Below, piece by piece: positions 57,039 through 64,000 of a stretch of 64,000 nt of DNA (position 1 is its first letter; the number at the start of each line of letters is the position of its first letter). The DNA lies in assembly GCA_036405415.1 (NCBI GenBank), contig DASWXP010000002.1:48097-112096 (forward strand), given 5' to 3'. The DNA is from Minisyncoccota bacterium (lineage in GTDB: Bacteria > Patescibacteriota > Minisyncoccia > Phycocordibacterales > Phycocordibacteraceae). Made by a program: the position numbers and the translations under genes. Below the pieces are notes generated by a model that did not search any database, was not told the DNA's origin, and saw only the letters and a list, made by a program, of their open reading frames with translations.

Positions 57039-57941
57039 CTAGTTCTTGTACGCTTCCTCAAGCGTAGCGATATCAATACGCTTCATAGGGAGCATCGCCT
57101 GCGTGATGCGATCGATCTGCTCTTGGGTGCCTTCACGCATCATCTCTTCCATGCGCATCGGAGACGCCTGCCAGGACACGCCGAACTCATCCTTCATCCA
57201 GCCGCATTGCTCAGCCTCAGGTACTGCGGAGAGCTTGTTCATGTAGTAGTCGAGCTCTTCCTGGGAATCGCAGCGGATCAGGAACGAGATGCCTTCCGTA
57301 AAGCCGAACTCGTGCTTGTGTGCACTATCCATCGCGACGAACCACTGCCCTTCGAGCATGAAGTCACTGAACATAACCGTACCTTCCTTGTCCGGCTCCA
57401 TGCCTGCCGGATACCGTGAGATGGCACCCCGCTTCGCGTTCTTAAATACGGATACGTACAGGTCTCCTGCCACTTCTGCTTTGCCGCATACGTCTCCAAC
57501 GAACAGCATGGACGGAATGATGAACGGACGCTCCTCGCCGTCTGGGCTTGTGAGGATGAGCTGCCACGACACGCCAAACTTGTCCTCGATCCATCCGTAC
57601 CATTTGCTGAACGGATATTCGCCGAGCGGCATGAGCGCCTTTCCTCCTTCTGAGAGTTTTGCCCAGAGCGCGTCCAGGTTCGCTTTCGCGTTCGGGTCTC
57701 GGGATGGATCGAAGTTAACCATGAACGAGATGGACGGATTCGTCTTGAAGTACGGTCCTGCGCTTATAGCCATGAACTCGTATCCGGAAAGCGAGAACGT
57801 CAGGAACTCAGCGTCGCTAGACGGCGTGTTGTGGAGCGTCGTTACGTTTGTAATCTTCGAATCAGGAAAGGCTGATACATAGAATTCGGCGGCTTCCTTA
57901 GCCTCTTTATCGAACCAGAGATGCGGGACGATCTTTTGCAT
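57039..57941 (-). CDS. VOC-superfamily protein with tandem PhnB-like (3-demethylubiquinone-9 3-methyltransferase family) domains
   Basis: MQKIVPHLWFDKEAKEAAEFYVSAF is the typical PhnB N-terminus. The second copy is FIIPSMLFVGDVCGKAEVAGDLYVSVF. Confidence 0.7.
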   Translation of the reverse strand: MQKIVPHLWFDKEAKEAAEFYVSAFPDSKITNVTTLHNTPSSDAEFLTFSLSGYEFMAISAGPYFKTNPSISFMVNFDPSRDPNAKANLDALWAKLSEGGKALMPLGEYPFSKWYGWIEDKFGVSWQLILTSPDGEERPFIIPSMLFVGDVCGKAEVAGDLYVSVFKNAKRGAISRYPAGMEPDKEGTVMFSDFMLEGQWFVAMDSAHKHEFGFTEGISFLIRCDSQEELDYYMNKLSAVPEAEQCGWMKDEFGVSWQASPMRMEEMMREGTQEQIDRITQAMLPMKRIDIATLEEAYKN

Positions 57942-58226
57942 GGTATTCAGGATTACTTCCTTCTAGGATACCGCATCGAGCTGAGTTCCGAATGAAGCAA
58001 TATATGCGAAATGCTGTATACTTTAGGGTAGTGGGACCTGAGTATCCCCATCGGCTATTGCAGCCATGCATCCTCGCAAGAGCTGCAGCTTCCTCCATCT
58101 TCGGTAGTTGTCAACGAGGTTAAAGTGACAGCTACTCACGGACCGCTGGTTTCGGCTGGCGGTTTCGCGTTTCTATAGGAAGTAGCGTACTCTATACCCA
58201 TACCCCAGAACGAATCTAATACTCTT

Positions 58227-58340
58227 ATGGTAAAGAACAGCCACGGCGTCAGCTCGAAGAACAATCCGAAGAAGACGCCAAAGACCAAGAAGCGCCTTGC
58301 CGCCAAGCAGGCTCGCAAGGAGGCGCAGCGCGCAAAGTAA
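58227..58340 (+). CDS. candidate 37-aa highly basic small protein
   Basis: MVKNSHGVSSKNNPKKTPKTKKRLAAKQARKEAQRAK ends at a strong terminator. No clear Shine-Dalgarno. Confidence 0.3.
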   Translation: MVKNSHGVSSKNNPKKTPKTKKRLAAKQARKEAQRAK

Positions 58341-58378
58341 AGAAAAAAGCGTCCGGATGTCCGGACGCTCTTTTCTTT
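58341..58378. terminator. bidirectional Rho-independent terminator
   Basis: aaaaaagcgtccgg atgt ccggacgctcttttcttt. Confidence 0.85.
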
Positions 58379-58387
58379 ATGTACCTC

Positions 58388-58870
58388 TTACTTCTTCTTC
58401 GCAGCAGCCTTCTTCGCAGGCACTTTCTTAGCAGCAGCCTTCGCGGCTACCTTCTTCGCAGGCTTCTTCTCTGCGGAAGCCGTGAGTATGGACGAGTACG
58501 CGGCACTCTCAAGCTTCTCGATGAGCGTATCAAGCTTCCCATGCACCTCGGCGAGCTCGCGCTGGAGCGCGCTAATGCGCGGATCGCTTACTGGAGCCTC
58601 TGGCTTCTGGGAGAACGAGCGCTGAGGAGCGAAGCTGCGCTTCTCGAACGGGCGAGACTCGCGGGAATCGTCACGGACGAAGCAGTCCTTGCAGTACACC
58701 GGCTTCTTGCCGTTAGGACGGAATGGCACGCTGCAGCGCGTACCGCACTTGTTGCACTGCGCATCGAACAGCTCCTTCGAATCACCGTTGCGAGAATCGA
58801 ACGGGCGACCCCCGGACTTGGTAAAAGGACGGCGTGGGCCGTTCGAGTAGTTCTTCTTGAAATCAGGCAT
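58388..58870 (-). CDS. zinc-ribbon protein with histone H1-like Lys/Ala-rich C-terminal tail
   Basis: CNKCGTRCSVPF...PVYCKDCF (CxxC...CxxC), a coiled-coil middle and a tail KKPAKKVAAKAAAKKVPAKKAAAKKK. Confidence 0.55.
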   Translation of the reverse strand: MPDFKKNYSNGPRRPFTKSGGRPFDSRNGDSKELFDAQCNKCGTRCSVPFRPNGKKPVYCKDCFVRDDSRESRPFEKRSFAPQRSFSQKPEAPVSDPRISALQRELAEVHGKLDTLIEKLESAAYSSILTASAEKKPAKKVAAKAAAKKVPAKKAAAKKK

Positions 58871-59045
58871 GAGTATTGGTTATATCTCCCGCCCGCGATC
58901 CATAAGATGATGTATTTGCGGCTTCGTTGTGAAATGGTCGGCACGAATGCCGGATAAGCCGCAAATAGCTCATCTCATGGAGACAAACCAAAGATACGTT
59001 TAAAATACTATAACTGGGAGCAAAAGTCAAATACACCCAGCGTTC

Positions 59046-60038
59046 TTACTCAACGGATGCTTCCTCGTCTTCCGGAGCTACGCCGATACCGAGATCGCGA
59101 TCCGCCTCCACAAGCGTCTGGAGCTTCGAGAGGCGCTGGTCGGCTTCAGTGTAGAGAAGGAGCGCGCCTTTGCGGTCCCCTGCCTCGCGCGCCTCCCATG
59201 CTTCGGCGATGATAACGTTGATCTCAGAAAGCTCCGCGGTGATGGTCTCACGATCGTCTGTGCTGATAGCGGCGGACTGGGTCTCGAGTTCCGTAAGGAG
59301 CGCAGAGATAGATACCTGCGTCTCGGTCGCCTGTTCTGCTACTGAAGTATCGTCCGTAAGCGCAGGCGCGAGCGCATCCACGATCTCCTGCTCGATGTTC
59401 TCGGTCGTAGCGATTCCGGCGTCCACCGATGCGGCGATAGCCGTGAGGTCATCCTTGGTCTCAGGCTTCTGCTCGCCCAAGGTGTCGAGCACGACGCTAT
59501 GCGCCTCAAGCACGGACTGGAGATCCGCGTTCGCCTTGAGCGCGCTGTCCGCGCTTCCGGTCTCGGTGTAATCCCGAACGTCTCCGGATACTTCGGCGAT
59601 GCTCTCAGAGAGCGAGGAAGCGATGAGCGCGGTGGTCTCAGGGTTTGCTTCTTCGCTCGACGCGTACGCGGCGAATTCCTTGAGCCTGCGGTCGGTGCGC
59701 TCGATAGCGAACGCTGTCTTCTCCTCAGGATCGAATGTAAGCGCTGCGCGAGCCGGCTCCGTGATGCGGATCTTCGTACCATAGAGCACATCACCCGGCT
59801 TTGCGGTGTCAGCTGAGACTACTCCCCCGCCACCTACCATTACGAGGACCGCGAGTGCGGTAGCGTAGCGCGCTCCCGGAGCCATGAGCCATGCGTATGG
59901 AGAGCGGACCGGAAGCGGGTTCTTCTCCATGAACGCGAGCACCGTATCGCGGCCCGCTGCCTTCTCGTCGGCACGGAGCGACGTCACCTCAGAGAGGCGC
60001 TCGAGCGAGTCTTCGATGTGGTGGTTGGTGTTGGTCAT
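59046..60038 (-). CDS. putative anti-sigma factor (single TM, acidic extracytoplasmic domain)
   Basis: Immediately downstream of the ECF sigma gene and overlapping it (4-nt ATGA). A short cytoplasmic N-terminus, then the TM ATALAVLVMVGGGGVV. Confidence 0.5.
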   Translation of the reverse strand: MTNTNHHIEDSLERLSEVTSLRADEKAAGRDTVLAFMEKNPLPVRSPYAWLMAPGARYATALAVLVMVGGGGVVSADTAKPGDVLYGTKIRITEPARAALTFDPEEKTAFAIERTDRRLKEFAAYASSEEANPETTALIASSLSESIAEVSGDVRDYTETGSADSALKANADLQSVLEAHSVVLDTLGEQKPETKDDLTAIAASVDAGIATTENIEQEIVDALAPALTDDTSVAEQATETQVSISALLTELETQSAAISTDDRETITAELSEINVIIAEAWEAREAGDRKGALLLYTEADQRLSKLQTLVEADRDLGIGVAPEDEEASVE

Positions 60039-60541
60039 GGTGTGTTTGGTTGCATCTTGTCTTTGAGTTCCTGGATGGCTCGGTGGATGCGTACCGAGAC
60101 CGTATTTGGCATGAGCCCGAGTATCTCTGCTACCTCCTTAACGGCAAGTCCGTTCGTGTAGCGGAGCGTAAGGAGCTCCTGATCTTCGGGACTGAGGTCC
60201 GCGAGGTATCTCATGAGGAGCGATGCTTCCGCAAGGCGCTCAGGGCCCTCGCTCTCGGTATCCTCAGGCTCGAACCCGGATACCGAAAGCTCTTCAAGGG
60301 AAAGAGTCTTCGATCGCACCGCCTCGTTTACGGAAAGATTGCGTGCGGTCTTGTAGAGGAACGCCTTGAGGTTCTCTATCTCGTTCCCGCCGGCGATGTA
60401 TGCCCAGGTCCTCATGAAGGTGTCCTGCATCAGGTCTTTGGCACGCTCGCGGTCCTTTATGCGGAAGACGCAGAAGCGGAATATCTCGTCCGCCAGCTCG
60501 TCATACGCTCGTATGAATGCCTTTTCAGAGATCCTTCCCAT
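60035..60541 (-). CDS. ECF (sigma-24 type) RNA polymerase sigma factor
   Basis: Region 2 DLMQDTFMRTW and region 4 LSPEDQELLTLRYTNGLAVKEVAEILGLMPNTVSVRIHRA. Confidence 0.85.
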   Translation of the reverse strand: MGRISEKAFIRAYDELADEIFRFCVFRIKDRERAKDLMQDTFMRTWAYIAGGNEIENLKAFLYKTARNLSVNEAVRSKTLSLEELSVSGFEPEDTESEGPERLAEASLLMRYLADLSPEDQELLTLRYTNGLAVKEVAEILGLMPNTVSVRIHRAIQELKDKMQPNTP

Positions 60542-60699
60542 AGTTAAGGACCGGTGAAGCGGCACTTTGTTACACGCCGGCATCGGTAAGATTTCCGGCA
60601 CCCGCCTGTCCTATTCCTGTCCCCGGTAGCGCACGGGCTGCCAGGCTGGACGGAAATACAGCTAAAACCGTGCATTACCAAGAATCCTACCAGAAATTT

Positions 60700-62499
60700 A
60701 TGATTACTAAGAACACAAAGCTTGCGCAGGCGACCACCGTCGGTCTCATGGCTACCATGGTCCTTTCGGGCACCGGTGCCGCGCTCGCACAGCCGTCCGT
60801 AGCGTCCGCACAGGCCGCAACGGCAACGAGCGTCACGTTTACGCGTGACCTCACGATTGGTTCTTCGGGTGCCGATGTTATCGCGCTCCAGAACTGGCTT
60901 ATCAGCAAGGGCTTTACGATCGCCGCAGGCGCGACTGGCTACTTCGGTGGTCAGACCCAGGCAGCGCTCGCGCGCTACCAGGCATCCGCAGGCATCGCGC
61001 CGGCAGCCGGTTACTTCGGCCCGGTTACCCGTGCCAAGGTGAACGCAGGCACCCCGACTACGCCGACCACCCCTTCCAATCCGGATAACGGTGGCGCGCT
61101 CAAGGGTGACGAGGCAGACCTCAGAGACTTCGACTTCCGCCGCGAGCAGTCCTTGGGCAACGAGGGCGAGGAGGAGGTTGAGATCGCAACCGCAGAGTTC
61201 GACGTCGAGGATGGCGACATCCGCGTCGAGCGTATGGAGATCCTTGTCGAGGGTGCGAACTCCTCCCTTAACATGCAGCCATGGAGGTACTTCGATCGCA
61301 TCGCGGTGCTTGCTGACGGCAAGGAGGTAGCGGATCAGGATGTAGACTCCCGCTCTGACTGGAGCAAGTCCGGCAACGGCTACCGCCTCAACCTTACGGG
61401 CATGAAGCACATCGTCCGCGAGGGCGACACGGCAGAGCTCACGATTGTCGCAGACATCTCTGACAACATCGACACCGCAGACCTCGCGCAGACCTTCACC
61501 TTCCGCATCGCTGATAACGGCATCCGTGCCGTCGATGCAAAGGGCATCCAGCAGTACGTTGGCGAGGATAGCGAGACCGTGTCCTTCGGCTTCGGCGCAG
61601 AGGAGAACGGAGACCTCCGCATCTCCCGCGCAAGCGACAACCCGAAGGCATCGATCCTCGTATCTGACGAGGACCGCGAGTCTGGCGAGTACGAGGTATT
61701 CGTATTCGACATCGAGAACCGCGACGACGTTGATTCTCTCATCACGGATCTTACGATCAACGTGACGGGCATGAACGGCGGCGTGAACGCATCCGATGTT
61801 ATCCGCCGCGCATCCCTTGAGATCGGTCGCGATACCTTCGATGGCGACGTGAACGCATCCACCATCGAGTTCGAGGACATGGATCTCGAGATCGGTGGCG
61901 ACGATGAGGAGACGGCAACGCTTATCGTCCGCCTTGCGCGCTCTGCAACCAGCACCCCGATCGCCTTCTCTGTCGGCGACATCGAGGCTGAGGGCGTAGA
62001 GAGCGGCAACAGCGCAACGGTTGACGGTTCCGCTTCGAGCGAGACCCACACCATCGCTTCTACCGGCGTAGCCCTCGAGTCCGTATCGACCTCGCAGTCG
62101 GTCGTGACCCCGGGTGACGACGCTTCGGCGACCTACGGCACCTTCACCATCAAGTTCGATGTGACGGCGCTCGAGGATGATGCATACATCGCTTCCTCGA
62201 CCGCAGCTACGGGAACCGTAGGCGCGCTCTACGAGATCGGCGCAACCGCCTTCTCGGGCAGCGAGTCTGCAGTCCTCACGTCGACTGCACGCATGGAGAA
62301 CGGCTACTACCTCGTCCGCGAGGGCAGGACCGAGACCTTCACCCTCACGGTGACCCTCAATCCTGACGCAGCTGGTACGTTCGATGTCCGCCTTAAGGAG
62401 GTTCGCTTCAACGATGAGGCTTCCCTCTCAGGCTCGACGACCTTCACGGTCGCAAACGACAGCGACTACCGCACCAACCCGGTCTACATCGCAAACTAG
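60700..62499 (+). CDS. secreted protein with peptidoglycan-binding (PG_binding_1-like) domain and large acidic C-terminal region
   Basis: Signal peptide, then LTIGSSGADVIALQNWLISKGF...GYFGGQTQAALARYQ, a Pro/Thr linker and a D/E-rich domain of about 450 aa. Confidence 0.6.
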   Translation: MITKNTKLAQATTVGLMATMVLSGTGAALAQPSVASAQAATATSVTFTRDLTIGSSGADVIALQNWLISKGFTIAAGATGYFGGQTQAALARYQASAGIAPAAGYFGPVTRAKVNAGTPTTPTTPSNPDNGGALKGDEADLRDFDFRREQSLGNEGEEEVEIATAEFDVEDGDIRVERMEILVEGANSSLNMQPWRYFDRIAVLADGKEVADQDVDSRSDWSKSGNGYRLNLTGMKHIVREGDTAELTIVADISDNIDTADLAQTFTFRIADNGIRAVDAKGIQQYVGEDSETVSFGFGAEENGDLRISRASDNPKASILVSDEDRESGEYEVFVFDIENRDDVDSLITDLTINVTGMNGGVNASDVIRRASLEIGRDTFDGDVNASTIEFEDMDLEIGGDDEETATLIVRLARSATSTPIAFSVGDIEAEGVESGNSATVDGSASSETHTIASTGVALESVSTSQSVVTPGDDASATYGTFTIKFDVTALEDDAYIASSTAATGTVGALYEIGATAFSGSESAVLTSTARMENGYYLVREGRTETFTLTVTLNPDAAGTFDVRLKEVRFNDEASLSGSTTFTVANDSDYRTNPVYIAN

Positions 62500-62512
62500 C
62501 ATCTGCTAGATA

Positions 62513-62546
62513 GCAAAAAGCCCCGCTTCTGCGGGGCTTTTTGCTA
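62513..62546. terminator. bidirectional Rho-independent terminator
   Basis: gcaaaaagccccgc ttct gcggggctttttgc. Confidence 0.85.
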
Positions 62547-63233
62547 TGTGTACTCCGTGTAGTACTCGACTTTGATATCATCCACCCATTCGGTGCCCGG
62601 GATAATCGAGATGACCTTTCCGAACACACGAGAATCTTCCTCACGCACGATGATGGGCTTGTACGTGCCGTAGTGATTCTCTGGGTTGAGGTACACCACT
62701 TCATCCACCTTCGTGAAGCGCTTGATTACGGCCATGTTGCCAAGGATCGCGACTACCTTGTCTCCGTCGGTGACGTTCTCCGTCACCTCGACGATCACGT
62801 AATCGCCATTGCGGATACCGGCGTCGATCATGCTGTCTCCAACCGCGCGCACTGCCACGATATTTGTCGCGTTCTTGCGCGCGCCGATCAGGCTCCGGTC
62901 TACGACGATGTACTCCCCAAAGCTCTGCTCCGCGTATACGTCCAAAGCGTCGCATCCCGCAGAAGCGATAACCGGTACCTCGATGAGGTCAGAGGACATC
63001 TGGGACTCCACCCCTTCGATGATCGCGATGCTGCGGTGGCGGAACCGGTCGCGCTTGATAAGTCCCTTGCGCTCGAGCGCCTCGAGCCGCTGCGTCACGC
63101 TTCGGAGCGACTTGAGCGAGAACCGAGCACCGAGCTCGGTAATGGTCGGCGCCTTGCCGTGCTCATGCACGTACTCCTGGATGAACGAGAGCGTTTCCTT
63201 CTGAGCCGGGGTGAGCGCAACGAGCCGAGTCAT
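62544..63233 (-). CDS. lexA: LexA repressor (S24 peptidase)
   Basis: Winged-helix N-terminus, ASAG cleavage site, GDSM catalytic Ser and VIKRF Lys. Confidence 0.9.
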   Translation of the reverse strand: MTRLVALTPAQKETLSFIQEYVHEHGKAPTITELGARFSLKSLRSVTQRLEALERKGLIKRDRFRHRSIAIIEGVESQMSSDLIEVPVIASAGCDALDVYAEQSFGEYIVVDRSLIGARKNATNIVAVRAVGDSMIDAGIRNGDYVIVEVTENVTDGDKVVAILGNMAVIKRFTKVDEVVYLNPENHYGTYKPIIVREEDSRVFGKVISIIPGTEWVDDIKVEYYTEYT

Positions 63234-63267
63234 ACGTACATGCTACATCCCGAGCGTGCATGCGTGA

Positions 63268-63335
63268 ATACACAACCTGTGTCTTTTTCCACACAACATA
63301 CACAACTTTGGGATTTTCGATACAATAGAGAAAGC
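63268..63335. promoter_or_regulatory. lexA / exonuclease divergent control region: TGTGT-N8-ACACA palindrome, ATACACAAC direct repeats and a -10 TACAAT
   Basis: cTGTGTctttttccACACAa at 63277-63296. ATACACAAC at 63268 and 63298. TACAAT at 63321-63326, 10 nt before the ATG at 63336. Confidence 0.45.
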
Positions 63336-64000
63336 ATGGCTCGTTCCCTCACCACAACGCAATCAATTGAATGTCTTGCAGAAGGCACGTATGCATTCGT
63401 GGACGTCGAGACTACGGGCACGAGCGCCAAGTTTGGACAGATCATCGAGATCGGCATCTTGCGCGTCGAGAACGGTGCCGTTACGGATATGTATCAGACG
63501 CTCCTCAAGCCCGCGCGCCCCCTGCCGCCCATCATCACCTCCATAACCGGCATAACGGACCAGGACCTCGAGGATGCGCCGCCCTTCGAATCTGTGGCAG
63601 GACGTATTGAGGAGCTCCTTCAGGGTGCGGTATTCGTGGCGCACAACGCCGCTTTCGACTATTCCTTCGTGAAGCAGGAGTTCTCGCGCCTCGGGATCCG
63701 CTTCAACGCGAAGACGCTCTGCACCGTAAAGGTATCCCGCATGCTCTACGCTTCCGAAGAGCGGCATAACCTGGACGCGCTCATCGCCAGGCATAGCCTT
63801 GCCATGGAGAATCGCCATCGCGCCTATGACGACGCAGCCGCGCTGATCGAATTCCTGAAGGTCGCAACCAAGGAGCACGGGACAGAAGCTGTACAGGCTG
63901 CTATCGCACGTGCCTTAGGATCTGCCTCTCTCCCTACGACGCTCGACCCAAAGATCGTGAAGGATCTCCCGCACGCGCCCGGCGTCTACATCTTCTACGG
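63336..64000 (+). CDS. DnaQ-like 3'-5' exonuclease fused to GIY-YIG nuclease domain (Cho/Rv2191-like), 3'-truncated by the window end
   Basis: FVDVETTG, HNAAFDYSF and HRAYDDAAAL give the DEDDh motifs. It then reads LPHAPGVYIFYG, the start of a UvrC-type GIY-YIG. It is not in the ORF track because no stop falls inside the window. Confidence 0.7.
   Translation, partial: MARSLTTTQSIECLAEGTYAFVDVETTGTSAKFGQIIEIGILRVENGAVTDMYQTLLKPARPLPPIITSITGITDQDLEDAPPFESVAGRIEELLQGAVFVAHNAAFDYSFVKQEFSRLGIRFNAKTLCTVKVSRMLYASEERHNLDALIARHSLAMENRHRAYDDAAALIEFLKVATKEHGTEAVQAAIARALGSASLPTTLDPKIVKDLPHAPGVYIFY

Noticed and set aside
60544-62049. 501-aa minus ORF antisense to the PG-binding secreted protein
   Set aside because: Arg/Cys/Gly-rich artefact. 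The plus frame has a signal peptide and a PG-binding domain.

Overview
The window is high-GC (roughly 60% or more), densely packed and mostly housekeeping. It looks like a small-genome bacterium; the ProRS lacking the INS editing domain, the short HolB and weak Shine-Dalgarno usage are compatible with a Patescibacteria/CPR-like lineage, but I cannot confirm this without searches. The main conserved genes are listed here. A hybrid histidine kinase sits with a paralogous stand-alone receiver. truB and the convergent def-fmt pair come next, then murA. There are two mreB paralogs, and the second heads mreC-mreD-mrdA(PBP2). A reduced dcw cluster reads mraZ-rsmH-ftsL-ftsI-murF. The remaining conserved genes are frr, rseP, proS, greA, recR, dnaB, cysS, corA, ctpA, a P-type cation ATPase, rmuC, radC, lexA, ribosomal proteins L21, L9 and L27, tRNA-Asn(GUU) and tRNA-Glu(CUC). 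Many Rho-independent terminators are visible, several bidirectional. The most unusual features: (1) An AT-richer, about 6.5 kb island (about 49.4-55.9 kb) encodes HNH nuclease, a GTP cyclohydrolase II-like protein, a DUF62 SAM hydroxide adenosyltransferase-like protein, a TauD-type dioxygenase, an MccF/LdcA-like S66 peptidase and MazG. It is bordered by tandem tiny membrane proteins, an inverted GGGAAGTG repeat quartet and a transposase-like remnant. I take this as a horizontally acquired cassette acting on nucleosides/nucleotides, either an antibiotic or defence system or its immunity module. (2) A roughly 290-nt RNA, bounded by a promoter and a terminator, lies just upstream of def-fmt. (3) Tandem SET-domain proteins lie next to a response regulator. 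(4) lexA is transcribed divergently from a DnaQ-exonuclease/GIY-YIG (Cho/Rv2191-like) gene, with a TGTGT-N8-ACACA palindrome between them. Many long antisense ORFs in the six-frame track are GC artefacts and were rejected.
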